Source of the DNA: Gemmatimonadota bacterium | GTDB taxonomy: Bacteria; Gemmatimonadota; Gemmatimonadetes; Gemmatimonadales; Gemmatimonadaceae | DNA: 64,000 nt | Reading direction: 5' to 3' | Assembly (NCBI GenBank): GCA_046732835.1 | Contig: JBKPNY010000122.1 | Coordinates: 14,004 to 78,003, forward strand | Shown: positions 44,657 to 54,641 of the stretch, piece by piece | Numbering within the stretch: the stretch's first letter is position 1 | Layout: each line of letters begins with the position of its first letter | Position numbers and translations under genes: made by a program | Notes under the pieces: model-generated | What the model was told of the DNA's origin: nothing | What the model saw: only the letters and a program-made list of their open reading frames with translations | Database searches by the model: none

Positions 44657-45414
44657 GACGTTGCTCGCTGCGGCTGCGGAACTGCGATGCGCTTGCCGCG
44701 CACGGTTTTCCCGAATCGATACAGGGTCATCGCATCGGCGAACGGCCGGATGCGTGATGGACGCACTCGCAAATCGTAGCGCGACGCGAGCTCGACACGC
44801 TCTATTCTGCGAGCGAGAGGCATTGCCGCGAGCAGAAGCTCGAGATTTCCTGCCCATCCGTCAGTTGTCGCAAGCGGCTTTTCGGGCGACGACTTGATCA
44901 GATCGCGAATGAGCGAAATGCGATAAAGCCTGAACGACGAAAACGGATCCGACAGCTCATTAGACGCACCCGAAAAGCGCATGGCCCAGGGGGCCAGCTG
45001 TCGCAACCTTCTCACTTCAGCGGGCTCATTTCCGGCAGCGCGTTCGCCAACGACGATATCAGCACCGCCCTCGAACCGCTTGATCAGCTCAGGCAGCAGC
45101 TCAGGTTGATCAGTGAAGTCGCCCTGCATCATCACCATTGCATCGCGTCGGGGATACTTCGTACGCCTGGAGGCTTCGCGGGCGAGCGCGTTCAGCGCAT
45201 GGGCGTGTCCTTTCCGCTTCTCCCCGCGCAGCACCGTGAGCGGCGCGATATCGGCATAAGGCGCCAGGATCTCGGACGTATCGTCAGTGCTCCCGTCATC
45301 GTACACGAGAATCTCGTACTCGCGCGAATAGCTCTGGAACACCTTTCGGATGCGCCACAGCAGGACGCCAATTGTCGTCCCTTCATTGAATGACGGAATG
45401 CAGATGTAGATCAA
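44653..45414 (-). CDS. Glycosyltransferase family 2 (polyprenyl-phosphate sugar synthase-like)
   Basis: The pattern is MIYICIPSFNEGTTIG...YEILVYDDGSTDDTSEIL, followed by a DxD-like region. This is a GT-A fold signature. Confidence 0.7.
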   Translation of the reverse strand: MIYICIPSFNEGTTIGVLLWRIRKVFQSYSREYEILVYDDGSTDDTSEILAPYADIAPLTVLRGEKRKGHAHALNALAREASRRTKYPRRDAMVMMQGDFTDQPELLPELIKRFEGGADIVVGERAAGNEPAEVRRLRQLAPWAMRFSGASNELSDPFSSFRLYRISLIRDLIKSSPEKPLATTDGWAGNLELLLAAMPLARRIERVELASRYDLRVRPSRIRPFADAMTLYRFGKTVRGKRIAVPQPQRATS

Positions 45415-45494
45415 ATTCGGTTCTCTTGCTGGACCAGTGGCCGGCGGACAGGGCTGATTTGCCTCGCAAGATAGACGACCCTGGAAGACGAACG

Positions 45495-46559
45495 CTACCC
45501 TGAAAGCACCTCGTTATACACCGCCTCGGTTCCTTTGGTCATTTCTGCGGCATCGAAGGTTTTCGCGCGATCGATTGCGCCCTGTCCGAGGCGCTCGCGA
45601 AGACTGGCGTCGCCGGCAAGGCGCGTTGCGGCTGCAGCAAATCCCTTTACATCGCCAGCAGGGACCAAAATGCCGCTCACATCGTTCTCAATGACCTCGG
45701 GCAGCCCTCCCGTTGCGAATGCGAGAGGAGTAACGCCAAGCGACATCGCATCGATCACCGAAGTGCCAAGACCCTCCGCTTTCGATGGATGCCACAGCAT
45801 GTCGAGTCCTTTGATCGCCGGGTCTATGTCATCCACAAATCCGGCGGAGTGAACTACTAATCCGCCGGTTTCCTGCATTGTTCCCTGCGAGCCCCCAAGC
45901 AGAATCACACGGGTTCGCTTCCTCGAATCGGCTGGCATCGCACTCCCGATCGAAGCAAGCAGATCGATTCCTTTTTCCGCTGTCATCGCTCCAACAACGC
46001 CGGCTATCACTGTATCAGAATCCCAGCGCAGCTCGGCTCTCCAGTCGCGGGGCGTTACAGGATCCGGCCTTGTCGCGATTCCCGAATGAACGACTGAGAT
46101 TCTCGAGCCGTCGATTCCACCCGCCGTCATTGCCTGCTTCACGGCGCGTGAGATCGCAATGAATCGCGATACACGATGACCGTACTTGACGCGCACTGAT
46201 CGGGGAGCAAATGGAACCCGACGTGTCACAACGAGAGGCATCTCGTTGCGGCCAAGCATAGCGATCATTGCGAGTGCGTGAGATCTAGCGTCGTGCGCGT
46301 GAACGAGGTCCACTCCCCACGCTCTCATGCGTGCGCGGATTCTTCGAGCGGCGCGCACGTCCCAGTCGGCCGCCATCGGAATTGCAGCGACGGCCAGGCC
46401 AGCGGCTCTCGCTTTTTCAACGAGAGGTGAGCCGGGAGATCCGATTAGAAGCTGTTCGTGTCCCCTTTCTTTCAAGCCGAGCGCGAGGAGAAGAACCTGC
46501 CTTTGACCTCCTCGCCAGCTCGCTCCGGAATCGAGATGCAGGATCCTTAGCCGCTTCAC
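45495..46559 (-). CDS. Glycosyltransferase family 4 (GT-B fold)
   Basis: The GTG start overlaps the upstream stop (GTGA). RILHLDSGASWRGGQRQVLLLALGL is at the N-terminus and the C-terminal region has the EGLGTSVIDAMSLGVTPLAFATGGLPEVI E-x7-E motif. Confidence 0.7.
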   Translation of the reverse strand: MKRLRILHLDSGASWRGGQRQVLLLALGLKERGHEQLLIGSPGSPLVEKARAAGLAVAAIPMAADWDVRAARRIRARMRAWGVDLVHAHDARSHALAMIAMLGRNEMPLVVTRRVPFAPRSVRVKYGHRVSRFIAISRAVKQAMTAGGIDGSRISVVHSGIATRPDPVTPRDWRAELRWDSDTVIAGVVGAMTAEKGIDLLASIGSAMPADSRKRTRVILLGGSQGTMQETGGLVVHSAGFVDDIDPAIKGLDMLWHPSKAEGLGTSVIDAMSLGVTPLAFATGGLPEVIENDVSGILVPAGDVKGFAAAATRLAGDASLRERLGQGAIDRAKTFDAAEMTKGTEAVYNEVLSG

Positions 46560-47332
46560 CCCTCGGCGAGTTTATCCGCGAATGCTTTGAAGAGGCCGCG
46601 ATCCCATGGTTCTGGTGAATCGTTCATTTCTTCCGGATGCCACTGCACCGCCATCACCCACCAGTCGTCTGACTCGGACTCCAGCCCTTCAACGATTCCA
46701 TCGGGTGCGCGTGCCGTCACTTTGAGGCCGCGCGCGACATCGCGAACGCTCTGGTGATGCAGTGAATTCACGCTGATGTGCGTAGCACCGATTGCATCGG
46801 CAATCAGCGAGCCCTCATCGATCGCTACATCATGAACTCTCGCTGCCCGATCCTCTCTCGAGTCATGCCCGAGCGCGTCTGGAACTTCGGACGGAATGTC
46901 CTGAATCAGCGTGCCGCCAAGGGCGACGTTCAGCAGCTGCGGTCCGCGGCAGATTGCGAGGAGGGGAAGGCGCCGCTCCCGCGCCGCCTTGACCAGGGCG
47001 ATCTCCGTCCGGTCTCGCTCGAGATTGGAAACCCCGCACTCGGAACTCCGGGGTTGTCCATAAAGCGACGGCTCTACATCTTCGCCGCCTGTAAGGAGAA
47101 GACCGTCGACTCGATCAAGTATGAGGTTTACGGAATCTTCGCTCGCGAGTGGTGGTACAACCACTGGTACGATGCCTGCACTTTCGAGGGCGGCGACGTA
47201 TGCATTGTTGAGCCTTACACGATGCGGCCCATTCTGAAAGTCCGAAGTTGCCGATACTGCGACAACAGCGCCTGAAGCGGGGGAACGAGTTGATCGAGAG
47301 CCGGGAACACTCTGAGCAAGTACGGATGACAC
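46556..47332 (-). CDS. Class I glutamine amidotransferase-like hydrolase (peptidase C26 / PuuD family)
   Basis: LLTGGEDVEPSLYG, LLAICRGPQLLNVALGGTL (nucleophile Cys), SLHHQSV and VQWHPE are present. The start is uncertain: GTG 47332 leaves a 1-nt gap to the divergent gene, so a downstream start is likely. Confidence 0.7.
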   Translation of the reverse strand: MSSVLAQSVPGSRSTRSPASGAVVAVSATSDFQNGPHRVRLNNAYVAALESAGIVPVVVPPLASEDSVNLILDRVDGLLLTGGEDVEPSLYGQPRSSECGVSNLERDRTEIALVKAARERRLPLLAICRGPQLLNVALGGTLIQDIPSEVPDALGHDSREDRAARVHDVAIDEGSLIADAIGATHISVNSLHHQSVRDVARGLKVTARAPDGIVEGLESESDDWWVMAVQWHPEEMNDSPEPWDRGLFKAFADKLAEG

Positions 47333-47333
47333 G

Positions 47334-49070
47334 TTGAGATCTCTCGGATTTGGATTGACGATCCTGCCCGCGACAATGATTGTCGCGGTGAATGCTCAGG
47401 CTCAAAGTCTGAACGGCACGCCTGTGCCGTGCAAGGGCCAGATCATCAGCCGGATAGAAGTCAGCTCGCGTCCGCCATTTGAATCGCGTGGGACGGGTCT
47501 TCAGCGCCGCATGGTCAGGCAGCTCACGCGGCTTCACTCCACTACGAATCCCAACGTCATTACACGCTTCCTGGCGCTCAGGCCGGGAATGGCGTGCAGC
47601 GAGCTGAGGCGACTCGAGTCGGAAAGAATTCTTCGTGCGCAGCCATATCTTGCAGATGCCACCGTTGCGGTGCTTCCAGATGATGCCGGCGGAGTTTATC
47701 TCGCAGTCACAACGACTGACGAAATCTCCATCGTGCTTGGAGGAAATGGATCGGGAGGTACGCCATACCTGAGAGGATTCCGATTCGGCGAAGAGAATCT
47801 GATGGGTGAGGCAACTTCGGTCGTCGGTCAATGGCGCTACAGCGAAAACTTCCGTGACAACTTCAACGCTGAAGTCATCGACTACCAGTTTCTCGGACGA
47901 CCGTATCAGCTGCGCCTCAGCGGAGCGCGCAACGAGCTCGGCGGGAACTGGGCGTTCGAGCTCAGTCATCCATTTCTCACGGATTTGCAGCGCATTTCAT
48001 GGCGTACGACTGCCGGCTCGCGCGAAGAATATCGGTCCTTTCGAAAAGAACGAGACGAAAATGACCTTACGCGGCCTGCAGTTCTTCTGCAGCGCTCGTA
48101 CGCTGATGTCGGTGGTGTAGTTCGCGTCGGACCACCGGGAAGACTTGCGCTCATTGGTGCATCGCTCTCTTTCGAAGACGAGATGCCCGAGTCGTTTCCA
48201 ACCCGAATCGGTATTGGCACAGTTGAACGTGACACGGCTGCAGAGCTGCAGCAGCGCTACTCGCGAAGGCGCGTAACGCGAGTCAACGCGCTCGCAGGAT
48301 TGCGCCATATCGATTATCTGCGCGTCACGGGCCTCGAGACTCTCGATGGAACGCAGGACGTTCGTCGTGGGTTCGAGCTCGCGACGGTACTCGGGCGCGG
48401 AATGGGAATGTGGGGCGGTAACAATCAGGATCTTTTCGCGTCGGCAAATCTTTACGCCGGAGGCGGCAGCCCAAGATTATTCAAAGTTCTCGAGGGTACC
48501 ATCGAAGGACGCCATGACGATGGCGCAGCGGGCTGGGACGGCGTGCTCGGCGCAGGAAGACTGGCGAGTTATTTCAAGGCGACGCCACGCCACACGTTGT
48601 TCGGTGCTGCAGAATTCAGCGGAGGATGGGAGCAGAGAATTCCATTTCAGGTGACGTTCTCTGACAAGGATGGAGGCCCGCGCGGTTATCGGGATTCGTG
48701 GCTTGGGGGCGGTGAGAGAGTTGTAGTTCGACTCGAGGACCGAATTTATCTCGGACATCTCAAGCAGTTTGCCACAGTCGGCGTCGCGCCTTTCATGGAC
48801 GTCGGAAAACTCTGGGCGGGCGACGTTCCGTTCGGTGTAAACAGCACCCTCAATCCGTCGATCGGAATTTCTCTGCTCGCATCAGTCCCGCCGCGTTCTC
48901 AGAGAATGTGGCGCCTGGACGTGATGTACCCACTCAATCGTGACACCGGAGCGAAGCTGAAAGTCCGGCTCTTCAGCCGCGAGTTCTCATCGATATTCTG
49001 GAAAGAGCCGGGAGACGTAAATCGGAATCGCGAGAGATCGATTCCGACTTCCGTCTTCAATTGGCCCTAG
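47334..49070 (+). CDS. Omp85/BamA-superfamily outer-membrane protein (single POTRA-like region + barrel)
   Basis: There is an N-terminal signal (…AVNAQA/QS). The POTRA-like segment is ISRIEVSSRP...VITRFLALRPGMACSELRRLESERILRAQPYLADATV. The long C-terminal region alternates beta-strand-like sequence. The start could be TTG 47334 or ATG 47376. The assignment is tentative. Confidence 0.45.
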   Translation: MRSLGFGLTILPATMIVAVNAQAQSLNGTPVPCKGQIISRIEVSSRPPFESRGTGLQRRMVRQLTRLHSTTNPNVITRFLALRPGMACSELRRLESERILRAQPYLADATVAVLPDDAGGVYLAVTTTDEISIVLGGNGSGGTPYLRGFRFGEENLMGEATSVVGQWRYSENFRDNFNAEVIDYQFLGRPYQLRLSGARNELGGNWAFELSHPFLTDLQRISWRTTAGSREEYRSFRKERDENDLTRPAVLLQRSYADVGGVVRVGPPGRLALIGASLSFEDEMPESFPTRIGIGTVERDTAAELQQRYSRRRVTRVNALAGLRHIDYLRVTGLETLDGTQDVRRGFELATVLGRGMGMWGGNNQDLFASANLYAGGGSPRLFKVLEGTIEGRHDDGAAGWDGVLGAGRLASYFKATPRHTLFGAAEFSGGWEQRIPFQVTFSDKDGGPRGYRDSWLGGGERVVVRLEDRIYLGHLKQFATVGVAPFMDVGKLWAGDVPFGVNSTLNPSIGISLLASVPPRSQRMWRLDVMYPLNRDTGAKLKVRLFSREFSSIFWKEPGDVNRNRERSIPTSVFNWP

Positions 49071-50686
49071 TGGACTCTTGCTGCTCCGCCGCCTGACGCC
49101 ATCATCTTCCGAATCGGAATGATCAGCAGTGCGATCACCGCGGCAGCAACCATCAGCGAAAGCGTCGTCGTAGTGAACAGCTGCGGCATTTGATCCAGCT
49201 TTTCAGGATCGACATGTCCGCCAACTCGTCCGCCAATCAGGTTGCCAAGTGCTGATGCGAGGAACCAGATGCCCATCATCTGACTGACGTAGCGTCGCGG
49301 AGCGAGCTTGGTCATCGACGAAAGACCGACCGGACTCAGGCATAGCTCACCAATCGACTGGAAGAAGTAACTGCCTACGAGCCACCATGGCGATACGAGT
49401 GCCTTGCCGCCGCTGGCGACAACCGCGTTCGCGGCGAAGATCATGATCACGAAGCCAATGCCGGCGAGGAAGAGACCGAGCGCAAACTTCGAAGGGCTCG
49501 AGAGATCGACCCCGCGCTTTGCCATCCCTACCCACAAGGACGCGAACAGCGGCGCAAAGATGATGATCATCAGCGGATTCACTGACTGGAACCACGTTGC
49601 CGGAATCGTGAAGCCCCCAAGCTGCCTGTCGGTGAAGTCACGCGCAAAGAGATTCAGTGATGTGGGTGCCTGCTCGAAAGCTGACCAGAAGATTGCAGCG
49701 AACGCGAAGAGCACAATGATCACTGCAACGCGCTTTTTTTCCGTGCCGCTCAGATTGCCGAATGCGTAGACGACCAGGAAGAACACAACCGCCATGCCCA
49801 CCAGGACATAGGTCATGTACTTCGCAATGGCCGGTGGACTGAATGTGAGCGTCCCCGTTGCGCCAAGTACGAATAGCAGCGCGACAATGCCGAGAAGCGT
49901 GAAGATCGCCGTCTTTACATTCCTTTCCTGGCGAGCCTGAGCTGCAGGATCGGCGAGTCTCGTCGGCATCGTTCCAATAGGGCCGAGAGTTTTCTTTGCA
50001 CGCAGTCCATACATCGTCAGGCCGAGCAGCATTGCAACGCCTGCCGCACCCATTCCGACATGCCAGTCGACCTGCTCGCCGAGATATCCCGTCACCATCT
50101 GTCCAATGAGTGAGCCGACGTTGATTCCCATGTAGAATATCGAGAATCCTGCATCGCGGCGCGCACCGCCTTCCGGATACAGATCGCCGACGATCGCGGA
50201 AATGTTCGGCTTGAGAAGACCGGTTCCAAGAACGATGAGAATGAGTCCAAGGAAGAAAGGAATCTTCCCTCCGCCGGAACCCGCGAGGCCTGACAACCCA
50301 ATCGAGATATGTCCCGCCGAGATCAGGCAGGCACCGATGAAAATCGCGCGTCGCAATCCAAGGAGACGGTCTGCAACCCAGCCACCGGGAAGCGACATGA
50401 GATACACAAAGGCAGCGTAGATACCGACGATTGCCGATGCGGTTGTGCGATCGAATCCGTAACCGCCATTCACGATTGTCGCGGACATGAACAGCACGAG
50501 CAGCGGCCGCAGTCCGTAGTAGGAGAATCGCTCCCACATCTCCGTGAAAAAGAGCGTCGCCAGTCCGCTCGGATGTCCAAAGAACCCGCGGTTCTTTGTC
50601 CATTGTTCCAGCCCTGTGGGGGCGTCTGTCGACACTACTGTGGCTTCGGGCTGATCGAACACCGACTTGTCCGTTGTCATAGTCAT
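49067..50686 (-). CDS. Proton-dependent oligopeptide transporter (POT/PTR2 family, DtpT-like)
   Basis: [31 protein letters not shown] is the PTR2 signature. There are about 14 hydrophobic segments. The ATG overlaps the upstream ABC ATPase stop as ATGA. Confidence 0.85.
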   Translation of the reverse strand: MTMTTDKSVFDQPEATVVSTDAPTGLEQWTKNRGFFGHPSGLATLFFTEMWERFSYYGLRPLLVLFMSATIVNGGYGFDRTTASAIVGIYAAFVYLMSLPGGWVADRLLGLRRAIFIGACLISAGHISIGLSGLAGSGGGKIPFFLGLILIVLGTGLLKPNISAIVGDLYPEGGARRDAGFSIFYMGINVGSLIGQMVTGYLGEQVDWHVGMGAAGVAMLLGLTMYGLRAKKTLGPIGTMPTRLADPAAQARQERNVKTAIFTLLGIVALLFVLGATGTLTFSPPAIAKYMTYVLVGMAVVFFLVVYAFGNLSGTEKKRVAVIIVLFAFAAIFWSAFEQAPTSLNLFARDFTDRQLGGFTIPATWFQSVNPLMIIIFAPLFASLWVGMAKRGVDLSSPSKFALGLFLAGIGFVIMIFAANAVVASGGKALVSPWWLVGSYFFQSIGELCLSPVGLSSMTKLAPRRYVSQMMGIWFLASALGNLIGGRVGGHVDPEKLDQMPQLFTTTTLSLMVAAAVIALLIIPIRKMMASGGGAARVH

Positions 50687-51777
50687 TGGGCGCCTTCAGG
50701 GGTGTTGGTTATTTGCCTTTCAGTCTGCTGTACCACGGGAAAGTATTTCTCGGGCGGATTAGTGCCACCCGCAGCCTGCTGTTCTTGCCACGTTATGACA
50801 GTAGGAGGCTGCTTGATACACGCAGCAAGGTGCTGAGGTGCCTTCTCCTCGAGAGGCGGATTGATTTTCGCGCACGCTGCATCCTTCGCGGGATGATGAC
50901 ATCGCGGATGAAACACACATCCCGACGGAGGATTCGCTGGTGAAGGAACATCGCCTTCCAGAAGTATCCGCTGCTTGTCGATCGTTGGATCTGCAACCGG
51001 CACTGCCGACAGGAGAGCCTGTGTATACGGCATTGTAGGCTCACGATAAAGGTCTGAACCTTTCGCAAGCTCCACGATTTTTCCGAGATACATCACTGCG
51101 ACTCTGTCCGACATGTGCTTCACGACTGACAGATCGTGTGCAATGAACAGGTAAGTCAGACCACGTTCTTTCTGCAGATCGCGCAGCAGGTTGATAACCT
51201 GCGCCTGCACTGACACGTCGAGAGCAGAGACGGGTTCGTCGCAGACAATGAATCGCGGCTCGACTGCTAGCGCACGTGCAATTCCAATTCTTTGTCTTTG
51301 TCCGCCGGAGAATTCGTGAGGATATCGATTCGCATACTCCTTTCTCAGGCCGACTTCCTCGAGAAGGCGGTCGACTCTCTTGTCTGCCTCACCGCCTTCG
51401 GCAAGCCGGTGAATCGTTATGCCCTCACGAATCGCGGCGCCCACAGTCATCCGTGGATTGAGCGACGAGACTGGATCCTGGAAGATGATCTGCATCTCGC
51501 GACGAACTGCGCGCAGCTCGCCGGGATTCAGGGCGAGGACATCGCGACCGGCAAACTTCACTTCGCCGGATGTTGGCTCGATAAGCCGGAGAATTGCGCG
51601 ACCCGTAGTTGTCTTGCCGCACCCTGATTCACCAACGAGGGAAAGCGTTTCGCCCGGCATGATGTCGAACGATACGTCGTGCACAGCGCGCACTTCGCCC
51701 ACCTTGCGCGCAAATACACCCTGGGTGATCGGAAAAACTTTCCGGAGATTTCTTACCTGGAGGAGCGGCTCAGTCAC
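50683..51777 (-). CDS. Peptide ABC transporter ATP-binding protein (OppF/DppF type)
   Basis: The protein has Walker [10 protein letters not shown], the signature [15 protein letters not shown], Walker [13 protein letters not shown] and a C-terminal oligopeptide-transporter extension. Confidence 0.85.
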   Translation of the reverse strand: MTEPLLQVRNLRKVFPITQGVFARKVGEVRAVHDVSFDIMPGETLSLVGESGCGKTTTGRAILRLIEPTSGEVKFAGRDVLALNPGELRAVRREMQIIFQDPVSSLNPRMTVGAAIREGITIHRLAEGGEADKRVDRLLEEVGLRKEYANRYPHEFSGGQRQRIGIARALAVEPRFIVCDEPVSALDVSVQAQVINLLRDLQKERGLTYLFIAHDLSVVKHMSDRVAVMYLGKIVELAKGSDLYREPTMPYTQALLSAVPVADPTIDKQRILLEGDVPSPANPPSGCVFHPRCHHPAKDAACAKINPPLEEKAPQHLAACIKQPPTVITWQEQQAAGGTNPPEKYFPVVQQTERQITNTPEGAQ

Positions 51778-52802
51778 AGTGTAGCTCCCACCTGCTCGAC
51801 AATTGGAAGATGCGGATGCGCTCTTCGCTCCGGCTCGATCGCGAGATGACAGCGCGAAGTGTGGCCTTCAGCGATTTGATACAGAGGTGGATGCTCGCGC
51901 TCGCATAATTCCCACGAGTACGGGCATCTATCGCGGAATCTGCAGCCCGATGGCCACGCCGTTGGAGGAGGAACCGTTCCCGGAATGACGTTGAGTCTCT
52001 CGCGCGACTCGGTGATCTGAGGCATCGCGTTCATCAATCCTTCTGTATAGGGGTGATGCGCCGACGCGAACAGAGTTTCGACTGAAGCCTCTTCGACAAT
52101 CTCACCCCCATACATCACGAGCACTCGTGTCGCAGTCTCGGCAATAACGCCAAGATCATGCGTGATCATCAGGATGGAAGTTCCCAATCGCTTTTGCAGA
52201 TCGACCAGAAGCTCCAGAATCTGCGCCTGAATCGTGACGTCAAGCGCAGTCGTTGGCTCATCTGCAATCACCAGCGCGGGATTCATTATCAGCGCCATCG
52301 CTATCAGCACGCGCTGTCGCATTCCGCCCGACAATTGATGCGGATATTGCTTTGCTCTTTCCTCAGGTGATGGAATGCCCGTGAGCGTCAGCATTTCGAC
52401 GGCGCGGTTCCATGCATCCTTGCGGGATCCGTTTCCATGAACGCGCACGACTTCCGCTACCTGATCGCCCACGGTGAAAACAGGATTCAAGGCGGACATC
52501 GGCTCCTGGAAAATCATCGAGATGCGATTGCCTCTTACCTGGCGCATGCCGGCGTCATCGAGCGTGACGAGATCTTTTCCTTCGAAAAGAATCCGGCTTC
52601 CATCTTCGATTCTTCCCGGCGGTTGTATCAGACGCAGTATCGAGAGCGCTGTTACTGATTTCCCGCAACCGGATTCGCCGACGATTCCAAGTGTCTCGCT
52701 GGGATTGACGACGAATGAAACCCCATCGACCGAGCGCGCAACCGCTGTCGGAGTGTGGAAATACGTGCGGAGATTTTCGACTGAGAGAAGCGGGTCTGTC
52801 AT
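51774..52802 (-). CDS. Peptide ABC transporter ATP-binding protein (OppD/DppD type)
   Basis: The protein has Walker [10 protein letters not shown], the signature [15 protein letters not shown] and Walker [13 protein letters not shown]. It overlaps both neighbours by 4 nt. Confidence 0.85.
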   Translation of the reverse strand: MTDPLLSVENLRTYFHTPTAVARSVDGVSFVVNPSETLGIVGESGCGKSVTALSILRLIQPPGRIEDGSRILFEGKDLVTLDDAGMRQVRGNRISMIFQEPMSALNPVFTVGDQVAEVVRVHGNGSRKDAWNRAVEMLTLTGIPSPEERAKQYPHQLSGGMRQRVLIAMALIMNPALVIADEPTTALDVTIQAQILELLVDLQKRLGTSILMITHDLGVIAETATRVLVMYGGEIVEEASVETLFASAHHPYTEGLMNAMPQITESRERLNVIPGTVPPPTAWPSGCRFRDRCPYSWELCEREHPPLYQIAEGHTSRCHLAIEPERRAHPHLPIVEQVGATL

Positions 52803-53632
52803 CGCCGGTTCAATTGTCTTGGACTGAGTGCTCTCAAAAGGCCATCACCTAGAACGTTGAACGCCAGAACTATCAGAACGAGTGCCAGCGCCGGGAATAA
52901 CCAGATCCACCAATTCGTTGTTATTTGCTCGGAGCCTTCCTGAATCATGCTTCCCCAGCTTGGTGTCGGGATACTGAGGCCGATACCAAGCCACGACAGA
53001 CCCGATTCCAGCATTATGATTTGACCCAGTCCGAGTGTTGCTGCCACGACCACCGGCGTAATGACGCCGGGAAGAATATGCCGGACCAGAATTCGTGTTT
53101 GCGTTGCGCCGAGCGCGCGCGCAGATGTCACGAAATCCTGTGACTTCAACGCAAGAACCTGACCCCTGACGAGTCGCGCCAATCCATACCAGCCTGTGCT
53201 CCCTAGAATGACAATGAATCCTTTGAGCTCGATGTTCTCCCAGGTGGCGAATATGACGATCAGGACGAGAAGTCGAGGAATCGCAAGTAATGTGTCGAGA
53301 ACACGCTCGAGAACGCTTGCTGTCAGTCCACTTGAATACCCCGCGATTGCTCCGTAGGCGGTTCCTACTGTGATGCTGACAAGGGTAGCGAACACAGCGA
53401 GCGACAGTGACAGTCTTCCGCCGTAAAGCAGTCGGCTCAGAATATCACGGCTCATGCTGTCGGTTCCCATCAGGTGAAAGAGTGACGGAGCCGCATACTT
53501 CAGATTGACAATGTCTGGCGTGTATCGCGGGTCGTATGGTGCGATTAATGGCGCCATCAGGCACGGAATCGCAATCGCGGCGATAACGATCGCGGCGAGA
53601 ACCATTGAACGGTCACGCCGAAACCAGCTCAT
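52799..53632 (-). CDS. Peptide ABC transporter permease (OppC/DppC type)
   Basis: The ATG at 53632 gives [35 protein letters not shown], the typical OppC N-terminus. An EAA-like loop ([18 protein letters not shown]) is present. The 53791 start of the ORF track overlaps the oppB-type gene. Confidence 0.8.
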   Translation of the reverse strand: MSWFRRDRSMVLAAIVIAAIAIPCLMAPLIAPYDPRYTPDIVNLKYAAPSLFHLMGTDSMSRDILSRLLYGGRLSLSLAVFATLVSITVGTAYGAIAGYSSGLTASVLERVLDTLLAIPRLLVLIVIFATWENIELKGFIVILGSTGWYGLARLVRGQVLALKSQDFVTSARALGATQTRILVRHILPGVITPVVVAATLGLGQIIMLESGLSWLGIGLSIPTPSWGSMIQEGSEQITTNWWIWLFPALALVLIVLAFNVLGDGLLRALSPRQLNRR

Positions 53633-53666
53633 GCCAATACGAGCGGCACTGCTCAAGTACAGGGTA

Positions 53667-54638
53667 TCAACTATCACTGCGGAGTCTTGGATCGAGCCAT
53701 CGATATAAAACGTCCGCGGCGATGCTGCCCATGACAACGAAGGCACTTGCGAAGATGACAGCTGTTGTGAGCAAAGGGTAATCACGGCCACTGATTGCCT
53801 TGACTATCAGACTTCCCATACCGGGCCACGAGAAAATCGTTTCGACGAAGACGGCGCCAGTGAAAAGAGCAGGGAATGCGACACCGAGCAGCGTCACAAC
53901 GGGAAGGAGTGAGTTACGCAACGCATGACGTGTCACCAGCCGGGATTCACTCACGCCCTTTGCTCGCGCCGTAACAATAAACTCCGAAGGCAAAGTGTCG
54001 AGAAGCGCGGCTCGCTGATGTCGCGCAATCAGCGGGAAGTACAGCAAAGCGAGCGTCAGCGCGGGCACGAACAGATGCTCGAGTCGATCGACGATCTGTG
54101 CAGCCGGATCCATATAATCGTAATACCTGACATCGATCGATCCACCGGGCGGAAACCCGAACCAGAACACAAATGCCAGCAGCATCAATCGCGCGAACAA
54201 AAAGTCTGGTACCGAGAAGAACGCGAGGGAGATTCCGCCGAGGATTTTGTCCGCTCGTTTTCCCACGCTGCGAGCCTGCACAACTGCTACGGTCATTCCC
54301 AGTAGAAATCCACCCGTCAGTCCGAACGTCATGAGAACGAGCGTGTAAGGAAATGCGTCGGCTAGCGCATTCTTTACCGGTCGCTGAAACGCTGTTGAGA
54401 ATCCCAGGTCTCCGTGAGAGACACTCGAGACGAATCGAAAAAACTGCTCGACGAGGGGTAGGTCGAGTCCGTAGACGTGGCGCCAGTTGTCGCGAACTGC
54501 TTCCGTAACGTAAGGATTCTCCATCGCACTGCTAAATGGATCGCCGGGTGCGGCATGCAGCAAAGCAAAGACAATCGTCGCAACAAGAATGACGACTACG
54601 ATTCCCTGGATTAAGCGGCGAACAATGAATGCCGCCAC
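53667..54638 (-). CDS. Peptide ABC transporter permease (OppB/DppB type)
   Basis: MAAFIVRRLIQGIVVVILVATIVFALLHAAPGDP is the canonical OppB/DppB N-terminus. The EAA loop is TARAKGVSESRLVTRHALRNSLLP. Confidence 0.85.
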   Translation of the reverse strand: MAAFIVRRLIQGIVVVILVATIVFALLHAAPGDPFSSAMENPYVTEAVRDNWRHVYGLDLPLVEQFFRFVSSVSHGDLGFSTAFQRPVKNALADAFPYTLVLMTFGLTGGFLLGMTVAVVQARSVGKRADKILGGISLAFFSVPDFLFARLMLLAFVFWFGFPPGGSIDVRYYDYMDPAAQIVDRLEHLFVPALTLALLYFPLIARHQRAALLDTLPSEFIVTARAKGVSESRLVTRHALRNSLLPVVTLLGVAFPALFTGAVFVETIFSWPGMGSLIVKAISGRDYPLLTTAVIFASAFVVMGSIAADVLYRWLDPRLRSDS

Positions 54639-54641
54639 GAA

